This document shows, piece after piece, positions 35,525-44,535 of a DNA stretch of 64,000 bases. Below the pieces are notes generated by a model that saw only the letters and a program-made list of their open reading frames with translations, had not been told where the DNA came from and did not search any database. The DNA lies in NCBI RefSeq assembly GCF_039926425.1, contig NZ_JBDSWZ010000079.1, forward strand, positions 82 to 64,081, given 5' to 3'. This DNA comes from Dokdonella sp. Its GTDB lineage: Bacteria; Pseudomonadota; Gammaproteobacteria; Xanthomonadales; Rhodanobacteraceae. How positions within the stretch are numbered: position 1 is the stretch's first letter; the number at the start of each line of letters is the position of its first letter. Position numbers and translations under genes: made by a program.

Positions 35525-36556
35525 TCAATTGCCCTCGAAGCCGTCGACGAACACGACGTCGCTCACACGAACGTCTGCCTCGCGCACGATGTCGTAGTCG
35601 CTGCCCCCGACCGGGGTACCGCGTCCCCAGTACAGTTCGACCGTGTCGTTCGATCCGTCGATGAGGGGGTGGGGCTCGACATCGTCCGCGTCCACGCTGT
35701 CCGTCACGGCGAGCGCCGGTTCCCACGTGACGCCATCGACGGATCGACGCACGGCGACATCGAACTGATTGGCGCTCGCGCGGATCCAGAACAGTGCGAA
35801 TGCGCCATCGGGCATCACGATGGGAAGCGAGTCGTGGTTGTTCCCGGTGGTGGCGAAACCTCGTGCAGCGGCGCTCCAGTCGTACACGTCGGTCGTCGTC
35901 TTCACGACCATGGCGAGCTCGCTGCTGCCGACCTGGTAGCTCGCCAGGTACACGCCGTCCACTTCGCGAAAGGCGATGCGGGGCAACTGGCTTGAGCTCG
36001 CGATCGATGTCCTTCGCGTATCCCAGGTCGCGCCATCATCGTTCGACTCGGCGACGAAGCTGCCACTGCCCAGCCGCTGATAGCTCATGGTCATCCGACC
36101 GTCGACGTGCCGGATGACATGCGGGTTGATCTCCCCTCCGCTCGTCCAGCCAAGGTCCAGCTGCGCCTGCTCGGTGAATGTGATGCCGTCGGCGCTCGTC
36201 GCGCGGCGAATACGAAAGCTCGATGCGGCGCTCGCACCCTTCAGGTAGAACAGCACGTAGCTGGAAGGACCGGTCTGGACCAATGCCGGATGCCGTTCAT
36301 TCGCGGCCGTCGCGATGATGGCGATCGGATCGCTCCAGCTACCGCCGTTGTCGAGCGAGTGCGTCATCCACAGATCGCCATCGGTCGTCGTCGGATCGAG
36401 CCGCTCGAACACGACCACACGGGCACCATCGTCGCTGGACCGGATCACCGATGGCTGGTAATCGAGCGCCGGACCTCCGGTCACATCTCCGAACGCATCG
36501 GCGTAGCCACAGCCGAGGATCATCAAGGCGATCAATGAATGCCGACAGCCCTTCAT
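35525..36556 (-). CDS. Secreted BNR/Asp-box (sialidase-like propeller) protein with DGFE tail
   Basis: Signal peptide; Asp-boxes SLDNGGSW, SNDDGATW and SVDGVTW; ends DVVFVDGFEGN; ATGA overlap with the kinase stop. Confidence 0.8.
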   Translation of the reverse strand: MKGCRHSLIALMILGCGYADAFGDVTGGPALDYQPSVIRSSDDGARVVVFERLDPTTTDGDLWMTHSLDNGGSWSDPIAIIATAANERHPALVQTGPSSYVLFYLKGASAASSFRIRRATSADGITFTEQAQLDLGWTSGGEINPHVIRHVDGRMTMSYQRLGSGSFVAESNDDGATWDTRRTSIASSSQLPRIAFREVDGVYLASYQVGSSELAMVVKTTTDVYDWSAAARGFATTGNNHDSLPIVMPDGAFALFWIRASANQFDVAVRRSVDGVTWEPALAVTDSVDADDVEPHPLIDGSNDTVELYWGRGTPVGGSDYDIVREADVRVSDVVFVDGFEGN

Positions 36557-38577
36557 TGCGCTTCTCCGTCGGCCAGCCGTCGACGCGGCATGCCGGCCAT
36601 GGACAGCGAAAACGCCACGCCCTCGCCGTTCGCGAGATTCACCGCGGACGCATTGCCCCGATGCAGTTCCGCCACGAGGCGAACGACGTACAAGCCAAGG
36701 CCAAGGTGCGGCGTCTCGCCACTGCGCGCGCTGCGTTCTCGGAGCGACACCAGCGAATCGAACAGGCGGTCCTGCATCGCCGCGGGGAGCAGCGGACCTG
36801 CATTGGCGACCTCGACGATGCTGACCGCCTCGCGCGTACGGAGCGACAGGGCGATCCAGCCGCCCTCCGGCGTGAACGAACATGCATTGTCGAACAGCTT
36901 GTCGAGCGCCTGCGCAACCAGATCCGGTGCGCCGTGGAACGAGACCGGCGCTGCCGGCAGATCGAGTCTCAGTTCGCGCGACCCCGCGAGCGCACGGTAG
37001 CCTTCGGCGCATCCGGCGATCAGGGCGCAGAGGTCGACGTCTTCCGCTTCTGCCGAAGCAATCGCACGCTCCATCCGGTTCGCCTCGCTCATCGCACGGA
37101 CGATGCCACCGAGGCGTTCCGCGCCGTCGCGGGCACGCGAGAGATACGGTCGAGCGGACGCCGGCAGCGGCTGATGGTCGAGGTTGTCGAGTGAGGACTT
37201 CACGATGGCCAGCGGCGTGTTGAGCTCGTGCGAGAGTTTGGACGCCAGCGTGCGCAGGTATTCCGTATAGGATCCGACCTCGTCGACGAGCTTGGCGAAA
37301 CTTCGCGCGAGGTCACCGAGTTCGTCGGGCGAATCGATCAGCGGCAACGGGACGTCCAGACGTCCGGACGTCCGCACAGCACTCTCGGCTGCGTTGCGCA
37401 GGCGGCGGATGCGGAACGAGAGCGAGGCGCCGAACAGCAGCAGAATCGCACCGGAGACCAGCAGCGCGGCCAGTGTCGCCGTGGCAAGACCCATCAGAGC
37501 CCGATTGGCGAGCAGCGGCAGGGCGCGACTGGCTTGTTCGAGCACCAGCGCACCGCGCGACTCGTCGCCCTCGCGCAGCGGCACCGCCACTGCGAGAAGC
37601 ACCACGCCGTCCTGGTTGCCGGCACGCCAGCTGGTCGCGACGATGCCGGACAGCGCCTGCCAGACCTCGGGCGCATCAATGAGTGGCGCGGCAACGCCGA
37701 GTGCGGCGGACCCTGCGAAACCGGGAGCGACCACGCCACGGTAAACCAGATTCGCCAACCAACCCGATTCGCTCGACGGTGCGGGGTCGGCAGCGACGAG
37801 GCGACCTGCATCCGCGAGCAGCCAGCCGTCCGCCGTCACGATTCGCGCGCGCGCATGTTCGGGCACCAGCGGCTTCAGCGTGCGCGCGGCGCCCTCGTCG
37901 TAACCGATCACGCTGCGCAGCTCCGGCTCGTCGGCGCCGCCCTGCGCGGCATCGAACGCGGCGATGCCGATCTTCTCCGGCAAGTTGCCGCGCAGGCGAA
38001 GTTCGATCCGGTAGCCCGAGCCATCCTCCTGCAGCACGCCACCGACATGTTCGGGCAACGGGTCACCGCTGCCGATCGCCGGCGCATCGAACGAACCGGG
38101 TGCGGCACTCGACAGCAGGTAACGTCGCGTCTGCGAACCGCGAGACAGCACGAGTGTCACGTGATCGCTGGTCGCGGAACGCGAATCGGCTGGATCGACG
38201 CGCGTGCGCGTCGCGTCGCGCACCTCCGCCAGCAGGTACAGGTCGTCCGCTCGGCGGGCCAGGGTCACGCGCAGCTTCTGTGAGTCCTGCGCGGGACCGA
38301 GCGCCTGTGCAAATGGCCGCAGCGCCGACCAATCATCAGCATAGCCGTCGACCGTCACGGGTTCCTCGAGTCGGTTTGCGTAGATCACCGCGCCGGCGGG
38401 CGCCATCTGCACGTGCGACGCCACCAGCGCCATGGCGAGCATGTCGGCCGATGCGACCAGCGCCTGCTCCTGACCTTGTCGCAGCAGCGCTTCGGTCTGC
38501 CGGACGAACTGCCAGCCGGCCCACGGCAACGCAAGCGTCGACAGCGCCACCAGCAGGAGTTTGAAGCGGAGGGACAT
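36553..38577 (-). CDS. Sensor histidine kinase, PdsS-like (proteobacterial dedicated sortase system type)
   Basis: MSLRFKLLLVALSTLALPWAG N-terminus, HAMP, H-box LSHELNTPL, DNA and NAG boxes, GLGLY. Confidence 0.88.
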   Translation of the reverse strand: MSLRFKLLLVALSTLALPWAGWQFVRQTEALLRQGQEQALVASADMLAMALVASHVQMAPAGAVIYANRLEEPVTVDGYADDWSALRPFAQALGPAQDSQKLRVTLARRADDLYLLAEVRDATRTRVDPADSRSATSDHVTLVLSRGSQTRRYLLSSAAPGSFDAPAIGSGDPLPEHVGGVLQEDGSGYRIELRLRGNLPEKIGIAAFDAAQGGADEPELRSVIGYDEGAARTLKPLVPEHARARIVTADGWLLADAGRLVAADPAPSSESGWLANLVYRGVVAPGFAGSAALGVAAPLIDAPEVWQALSGIVATSWRAGNQDGVVLLAVAVPLREGDESRGALVLEQASRALPLLANRALMGLATATLAALLVSGAILLLFGASLSFRIRRLRNAAESAVRTSGRLDVPLPLIDSPDELGDLARSFAKLVDEVGSYTEYLRTLASKLSHELNTPLAIVKSSLDNLDHQPLPASARPYLSRARDGAERLGGIVRAMSEANRMERAIASAEAEDVDLCALIAGCAEGYRALAGSRELRLDLPAAPVSFHGAPDLVAQALDKLFDNACSFTPEGGWIALSLRTREAVSIVEVANAGPLLPAAMQDRLFDSLVSLRERSARSGETPHLGLGLYVVRLVAELHRGNASAVNLANGEGVAFSLSMAGMPRRRLADGEAQ

Positions 38578-38596
38578 GCGCTTGAGCCGGGGAGTG

Positions 38597-38680
38597 GGGA
38601 ATCGGGAATCGGGAATCGGAGCCATGTGCAGCCGGTACGCGCCGCTCTACCCATTCCCTGTTCCGTGGTTTCTATTCCCG
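38597..38680. repeat. GGGAATC x3 heptamer tract with degenerate inverted arm (Xanthomonadales-type intergenic repeat)
   Basis: GGGAATC tandem copies at 38597-38617; CATTCCC and CTATTCCCG copies downstream, overlapping the regulator stop. Confidence 0.6.
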
Positions 38681-39367
38681 GCCTTTCCAGCGATACCCCG
38701 CCCCATGCACCGTATCGATCGCGTCGAACGCGGGATCGATCGCGATGAATTTCTTGCGGATGCGCTTGATGTGCGAGGTGATCGTGGCGTCGTCGACAAC
38801 GACCTGCGCATCGCGCATCAACTGGTCGCGGTTCTTCACGTGGCCGGGAAAACGTACCAGCGTATGCACCATCCAGAATTCGGTGACAGTGAGCGGCACG
38901 TCGACTCCGTTCCAGCTGACGCGCATGCGCTCGGTCTCGATCGCGAGCGGCCCTTGCGTGATCACGCTGTCCGCCGCAACCGGTTTGCGCAACGCCTCCA
39001 TGCGTCGGAACAACGCGTTGATACGCGCCGCGAGCTGGTGCAGCGAGATGTCCTTGGCGAGGTAGTCGTCGGCACCGAGACGCAGGCCCGAGATCACGTC
39101 GAAATCCGAATCGCGCGCAGTGAGGAACAGGATCGGCAACGTCGGCGCCTTCGCGCGCAAACCCCGGCAGAGTTCGAAGCCGCCTTCGGGTTCATCGCCG
39201 AGACCGACATCGATGATCACCAGCTCTGGCAACCGCTGCGCGAACGCGATTTCCGCTTCGCCGCGCGATGCGTAGCCACGCACGTCGTAGCCCAGCCGGG
39301 TCAACGCCTTGGAATAGTTGGCGCGGATCAGCGGTTCGTCTTCGACGATGGCGATGCTGCGGGGCAT
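38672..39367 (-). CDS. OmpR-family response regulator, PdsR-like
   Basis: IAIVEDEPLIRANY, IIDVGLGDEPEGGFELCR, DDATITSHIKRIRKKF and GAGYRW motifs. Confidence 0.9.
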   Translation of the reverse strand: MPRSIAIVEDEPLIRANYSKALTRLGYDVRGYASRGEAEIAFAQRLPELVIIDVGLGDEPEGGFELCRGLRAKAPTLPILFLTARDSDFDVISGLRLGADDYLAKDISLHQLAARINALFRRMEALRKPVAADSVITQGPLAIETERMRVSWNGVDVPLTVTEFWMVHTLVRFPGHVKNRDQLMRDAQVVVDDATITSHIKRIRKKFIAIDPAFDAIDTVHGAGYRWKGRE

Positions 39368-39543
39368 GGCGGACTCCTGAACGTGGATCCGAGCTTACGC
39401 AGGCGTCGCCGACCCGCGCAATGGCGGGAGGGGAGCTGCCATCGAATCGCCACAAACGGTCGCCGGATCGCCTCAACCCGAGCGCGGCACGGGCCGCTGC
39501 CGGCGTTGCAATGGCGTCGCACCCACTGCCGAGTCCCCATCCC

Positions 39544-39657
39544 ATGAAGACCGAACGCCCCGATCCCAACGCGGAGCTCTACACCCGCGAACCTCTACGC
39601 GTGGTTTTTGCGCTGCTCGCGCTCGCCCTCGGGCTTGCCACCGCGCTGAACTTCTGA
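39544..39657 (+). CDS. Putative 37-aa single-TM small protein
   Basis: MKTERPDPNAELYTREPLRVVFALLALALGLATALNF; divergent from the response regulator. Confidence 0.45.
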   Translation: MKTERPDPNAELYTREPLRVVFALLALALGLATALNF

Positions 39658-39670
39658 AACGCAGACGACG

Positions 39671-39865
39671 ATGAAGTTTCATCTGCCCAACAACCGGCGC
39701 GCAGCTCCGCCTCGAGCGTGTTGCGATCCCGCGTTCGACGACATCGGCGATTCGTTCTGGCTCGGCGCGGAGGCCCTGGTCGCCCCAGCGTGTCTCGCGG
39801 CACTGCGCGACGCCGATCGCCTGGTCGCCGACGAGTGTGCCGATCCAATGTGGCTCGGGATCTGA
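39671..39865 (+). CDS. Putative 64-aa acidic, Cys-containing small protein
   Basis: MKFHLPNN...CCDPAFDDIGDSFWLG...ECADPMWLGI; 13 nt after the previous ORF. Confidence 0.5.
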   Translation: MKFHLPNNRRAAPPRACCDPAFDDIGDSFWLGAEALVAPACLAALRDADRLVADECADPMWLGI

Positions 39866-40110
39866 CCCACGCATCACGCCTTCAACCACAACCCTGTTGT
39901 CTTCCTGCGCCGGCCGAATGCCCCCCCTCCTCCCCGAGGGCCGGCGCGGGACCTTTTATGGCCATGGATGGCCGGTATGCCGGGTCTTAAGGCGTTCCCG
40001 ACGCTGGCAGACATTCCCCACATCCATGTGGGTCAAAATGCAGGAGCAATTTCCGGCGATGACCATGGATGCTGGGCGTACGGAAAACGAAGGGGAATTT
40101 CCACAGACAA

Positions 40111-40185
40111 CGTCATTCCCGCGAAGGCGGGAATCCATTTTCTAGCGCCACGGCAAAATGGATTCCCGCCTTCGCGGGAATGACG
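40111..40185. repeat. REP doublet (REPIN), perfect 31-bp inverted repeat
   Basis: CGTCATTCCCGCGAAGGCGGGAATCCATTTT, 13-nt loop, AAAATGGATTCCCGCCTTCGCGGGAATGACG; just downstream of rpe. Confidence 0.9.
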
Positions 40186-40206
40186 TCCATAGACACTGTT
40201 TATCGA

Positions 40207-40881
40207 TCAGCCGCCTTCGATCGCCGCATGCATGCGCGCGATCACTGCCTTGTAGTCCTTCTCGCTGAAGATCGCCGAACCGGCAACGAACGTGTCGGCG
40301 CCGGCCCGCGCGATCTCCGCGATGTTGTCGGGCTTCACGCCGCCGTCGATTTCGAGGCGGATCGCGCGACCACTTGCGTCGATGCGCTCGCGGGCGGCGC
40401 GCAGCTTGTCGAGTGCGGACGGGATGAAGCTCTGGCCGCCGAAACCCGGATTGACCGACATGATCAGCACCAGGTCGATTTTGTCGAGCACGTAGTCCAG
40501 ATAATTGAGCGAGGTCGCCGGATTGAACACGAGGCCGGCCTGGCAACCGGACGCCTTGATCAGCTGGATCGTGCGGTCGATATGCTCGCTCGCCTCGGGA
40601 TGGAAGCTGATCGTGGTCGCGCCGGCCTTGGCGAAGTCGGGCACGATGCGATCGACCGGCTTGACCATCAGGTGCACGTCGATCGGCGCGGTGACACCGT
40701 GCTTGCGCAGCGCTTCGCACACCAGCGGGCCGATCGTCAGGTTCGGCACGTAGTGATTGTCCATCACGTCGAAATGCACCCACTTCGCGCCGGCCGCGAG
40801 CACCGCGTCGACCTCCTGGCCAAGGCGCGCGAAGTTGGCGGAAAGAATCGATGGGGCGATGACGGGGTTTTGCTTGGCCAC
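40207..40881 (-). CDS. rpe: Ribulose-phosphate 3-epimerase
   Basis: [34 protein letters not shown] and DGGVK motifs; GTG start. Confidence 0.97.
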   Translation of the reverse strand: MAKQNPVIAPSILSANFARLGQEVDAVLAAGAKWVHFDVMDNHYVPNLTIGPLVCEALRKHGVTAPIDVHLMVKPVDRIVPDFAKAGATTISFHPEASEHIDRTIQLIKASGCQAGLVFNPATSLNYLDYVLDKIDLVLIMSVNPGFGGQSFIPSALDKLRAARERIDASGRAIRLEIDGGVKPDNIAEIARAGADTFVAGSAIFSEKDYKAVIARMHAAIEGG

Positions 40882-41021
40882 GTTCGTCTCCTGGCTGCGG
40901 CGCTCATGCGGCTCGGCGCCGCGACATCGGACAAGCCTAAGGCATTGAGGCTGAAGCCGCTCCGACAAAAGCGTCTATTCTTGAGACGGCGAATGGGCTT
41001 TCGCAAGCCGGTTCGCTCGAA

Positions 41022-41813
41022 TCATTTCTGGCCGCGTTCGGATTTGATGTGCTCATAAGCAGCATTGATCTCGCGTGCGCGCGACTCCGCGCGGCGCTTG
41101 ATCTCGTCGGGCACATCGCTTCCGAGCTTGTCCGGATGGTGCTGGCTCATCAGCTTTCGATAGGCGCGCTTGACGTCACTGTCGTTCGCGCCGCGTTCGA
41201 TGCCGAGCACGGCGTACGGATCGACGTCGGACGGACGCGCCGACGGCGGCGGCCGCTGGCCATAGCCACGGGATCCGGACGCCGCGGACGCGTACCCCTT
41301 CATTGCCGACAGGGCTGCGAGCTCGTGTTCGCCGACGCCGAGCGACGCGCACAGCCGCCGGACCAAGGTCAGTTTGGCCTGTGCCAACGCGCCTTCTGCG
41401 TAGACGAGATCAAGCAGCAGGTCGAGCACGATGAAGGCGAGGTCGCGACGACCGCTGCACCAGGCGCGCAAGCCGACGATTGCCGAGTCCGCCTCGAAGT
41501 TGTCCTGCTTGCCGACGGTGAAGCGCGTGATCGCGACGCGCCGTTGCTCCGTATCGAGGCGCAACCGCGACATCAACGCCTCGGCCGCGGCGATCTCCGG
41601 CTGCGACACGCGCCCGTCCGACTTCGCCAGCGCGCCGGCGAACGCGAACAGTGGCTCGATGAAACCCTGTCCCATCGACGGCGACTTGCGCCGCGACACC
41701 GCGTTGTCGTACATGTGGCCGAACATCGCGCCGATCAGCAAGCCGATCGGGTTGTGAAACAGGAACAGGCCGACGATTGCGCCGACCAGCTTGCCAACGA
41801 TGCTCATCGGCAA
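41022..41813 (-). CDS. djlA: DjlA-like co-chaperone (TM, TerB-like and J domains)
   Basis: N-terminal [12 protein letters not shown]-terminal J domain with HHPDKL. Confidence 0.85.
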   Translation of the reverse strand: MPMSIVGKLVGAIVGLFLFHNPIGLLIGAMFGHMYDNAVSRRKSPSMGQGFIEPLFAFAGALAKSDGRVSQPEIAAAEALMSRLRLDTEQRRVAITRFTVGKQDNFEADSAIVGLRAWCSGRRDLAFIVLDLLLDLVYAEGALAQAKLTLVRRLCASLGVGEHELAALSAMKGYASAASGSRGYGQRPPPSARPSDVDPYAVLGIERGANDSDVKRAYRKLMSQHHPDKLGSDVPDEIKRRAESRAREINAAYEHIKSERGQK

Positions 41814-42064
41814 TCTCCATGGCGCGCGCGCATGCGATCGCTGAGGTGTCGCGGTTGCGCTGCGGGAACGGGAGACATCGACGTGATCAAGGATGGGGTC
41901 GCGCGCAATCGGACAGGGCGGCGGATTCTAGCAAGCGCCTGATGAAGCGGCATTCACGATTCCCCGCGCGGGCTCTGTCACTTCGCTCCAGGTACCCGCG
42001 ACGCGACGGCGCTGCAAGCCGCGCCTTACAATCACCCGCCCGCGAACCGTCATCGGAATCCATC

Positions 42065-42961
42065 GTGCCAACCGTTCTCTCCGAATCGAATCTTCCCGGC
42101 CTCGACCTCATTCACCGCGGCAAGGTGCGCGATGTGTACGCGTTGGGCTTGGACGAACTGCTGATGGTCGCGACCGACCGGCTTTCCGCGTTCGATGTCG
42201 TGCTTCCCGATCCGATTCCGGGCAAGGGTGAGATGCTCTGTCAGATCTCCAACTTCTGGTTCGCGCAGACCGCGCACCTGATCCCGAACCACCTGACCGG
42301 AAAGCGCGTCGCCGACGCGCTGCCGCCTGGCGTCGACCCCGCGTTGTACGAAAGGCGCAGCGTCGTGACGAAACGCCTCAAGCCCGTGCCGGTCGAGGCG
42401 ATCGCGCGTGGTTATCTGATCGGCTCGGGATGGAAGGACTACCAGGCGACCGGCTCGCTGTGCGGAATTCAACTGCCCGCCGGTCTGCGTCAGGCCGAGC
42501 GGCTGCCCGAACCGATTTTCACGCCGTCCACGAAAGCCGCCGTTGGCGCACACGACGAGAACATCGGATTCGACCAGGTCGTCGCGACGATCGGCGCGGA
42601 TCTGGCCGAGCAGGTGCGCTCCGCGACGCTCGCCATCTACGGCTTTGCCGCGCGTTATGCGGCGGACCGCGGAATCCTCATCGCCGACACCAAGTTCGAG
42701 TTCGGAACGGATTCCGCCGGCACGCTGTACGTGATGGACGAGATGCTGACGCCCGACTCCTCGCGCTTCTGGCCGGCGAGCGACTACCGTGTCGGCATCA
42801 GCCCACCCAGCTACGACAAGCAGTTCGTGCGCGATTACCTTGAGACGCTCCGCTGGAACAAGACCGCCCCGGGACCGATGCTGCCGCGCGCGGTGATCGA
42901 GGGCACGGCAGCGAAGTACGCCGAAGCGTTGCAGAAGCTTGCCGGCATCGTCGTCGACTGA
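42065..42961 (+). CDS. purC: SAICAR synthase
   Basis: [42 protein letters not shown] and DKQFVRD motifs; GTG start. Confidence 0.97.
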   Translation: MPTVLSESNLPGLDLIHRGKVRDVYALGLDELLMVATDRLSAFDVVLPDPIPGKGEMLCQISNFWFAQTAHLIPNHLTGKRVADALPPGVDPALYERRSVVTKRLKPVPVEAIARGYLIGSGWKDYQATGSLCGIQLPAGLRQAERLPEPIFTPSTKAAVGAHDENIGFDQVVATIGADLAEQVRSATLAIYGFAARYAADRGILIADTKFEFGTDSAGTLYVMDEMLTPDSSRFWPASDYRVGISPPSYDKQFVRDYLETLRWNKTAPGPMLPRAVIEGTAAKYAEALQKLAGIVVD

Positions 42962-43017
42962 GCGATGATTGGCGCTGTTGCGGCGCGAAGCAACGCGCGC
43001 CAACCACGGGAGCGATC

Positions 43018-43482
43018 ATGCGAAGCGTCAACGAATGGTTCGGCCACTACAGCGCCGATCACCAGAACGACACCAATCGGCTGATCCACTGGATCTGCGT
43101 TCCGGCGATCCTGTGGGCCGCAGTCGCCGGGTTCTGGCTCATTCCGGTGCCGGCGACGATCGGCCGACCCGGCTTCTGGTGCGGCATGGCGATGGTCGGC
43201 GCGTTCGCGTTCTACTGGCGGATGTCGCGGCCAATCGGCGCAGCGATGGCGATCGTGTTCATCCTGCTCGGTGTGCTCACTGAAATGCTGTATCGCACGC
43301 TCGGCCGTGTCGATCTTGCGTGGCTCGCGATCGGCGTGTTCGTCGTCGCGTGGATCGGCCAGTTCATCGGCCATGCAATCGAAGGCAAGCGTCCGTCGTT
43401 CTTCACCGACCTCGCCTACCTGTTGATCGGGCCGGCGTGGCTGACCGGAAAGCTGATGCGACGGTTCGGCATCGCCTGGTGA
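43018..43482 (+). CDS. DUF962/Mpo1-like membrane protein
   Basis: YSADHQNDTNRLIHWICVP and QFIGHAIEGKRPSF motifs. Confidence 0.88.
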   Translation: MRSVNEWFGHYSADHQNDTNRLIHWICVPAILWAAVAGFWLIPVPATIGRPGFWCGMAMVGAFAFYWRMSRPIGAAMAIVFILLGVLTEMLYRTLGRVDLAWLAIGVFVVAWIGQFIGHAIEGKRPSFFTDLAYLLIGPAWLTGKLMRRFGIAW

Positions 43483-43516
43483 TTCGCCGCGCACGAACGA
43501 TCGACCCTCAACACGA

Positions 43517-44419
43517 TCAGTTCGCAGCGCGTACATCCATCGTCATCGCGTGGAAGTCCATCGTCACGATGCTGTGCGCGAACAGCGCGTTGCCGACCTT
43601 TCCTTCGAAAAAACGGTCGGGCTGGTGCACGGGGACCGCACCCTCGCCTACTTCGTATACCGTTGAATTCTTCGCGATCTCTTGACGTGCGAAGCTGATC
43701 GGAGACGTCTGCGCCGCACGCAGGTTCACGCCGCCATCGGTGTAGCGGAACAGCTCGGACGCGCCCTGCCGCTTCAACCCGAGGTCGTCGATCGCAGCGT
43801 CGTAGACGAGCAGGCTACCGGTGAATGAGGTGTCGATCTGCGCACGCAGGTTCTTGCCGTTGAGCCGGAATGGCGAGGCAACCAGCACCGGAGGACCGTG
43901 CTCGCCGAATGTGATCAGCTTGAGCACCCCTTGCGCATCGTCGCGCTCTGCGAGCGGCGTGGTGACGATGTCGGAAATCCGCAGTCGGTGCGCCGGATAG
44001 TCGATCTGCACGATGCGATCCTTGAAGAACGGATAGGTGATGGCGCCTTCACCCGGCGGCGGATACTGGCCGAGCTGCGCGCGGTCGAACGAAAAGAACG
44101 GCACCTTCGCGTCCACCCTGCCGATCGAGACGCGATGCTCGCCGGCGCGATAGAGGCCGGGAATTGCGATGCCTTCCTTCAGCAACGGATCAAGCGCCCA
44201 GCCGGCATCGCGCGCGCTTTCCGCGATGAACACGTTGTTGACGTTGCCGGTGTCGAGCAGCAGCCGGCGCGGCTCGGCACCGTCGATCACGACATCGAGG
44301 CAGATCAGACCGTCGCAGTCGAAGAACGGCACGTCGGTCGAAAACGTCCGCGCCAAGTCTTTCGCACCGACGGACGTCGCGATGAGCATCACGGTGAAGA
44401 ACGGGAAAAATCTGCGCAT
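43517..44419 (-). CDS. Secreted protein with two retropepsin-like aspartyl protease domains
   Basis: Signal peptide; LLLDTG and AQIDTS motifs, each followed by G-x-hydrophobic-G-like closing segments. Confidence 0.65.
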   Translation of the reverse strand: MRRFFPFFTVMLIATSVGAKDLARTFSTDVPFFDCDGLICLDVVIDGAEPRRLLLDTGNVNNVFIAESARDAGWALDPLLKEGIAIPGLYRAGEHRVSIGRVDAKVPFFSFDRAQLGQYPPPGEGAITYPFFKDRIVQIDYPAHRLRISDIVTTPLAERDDAQGVLKLITFGEHGPPVLVASPFRLNGKNLRAQIDTSFTGSLLVYDAAIDDLGLKRQGASELFRYTDGGVNLRAAQTSPISFARQEIAKNSTVYEVGEGAVPVHQPDRFFEGKVGNALFAHSIVTMDFHAMTMDVRAAN

Positions 44420-44535
44420 CAACACACTCCGACCTTGATGGACCGGAGGCATTGGACCGGCGAGGCGGCGAATGCGCCCGGGCCGGACGTCACACGCCGC
44501 GCTGTCGCAAGCGACAGCGCGGCGCCCGATCGGTT

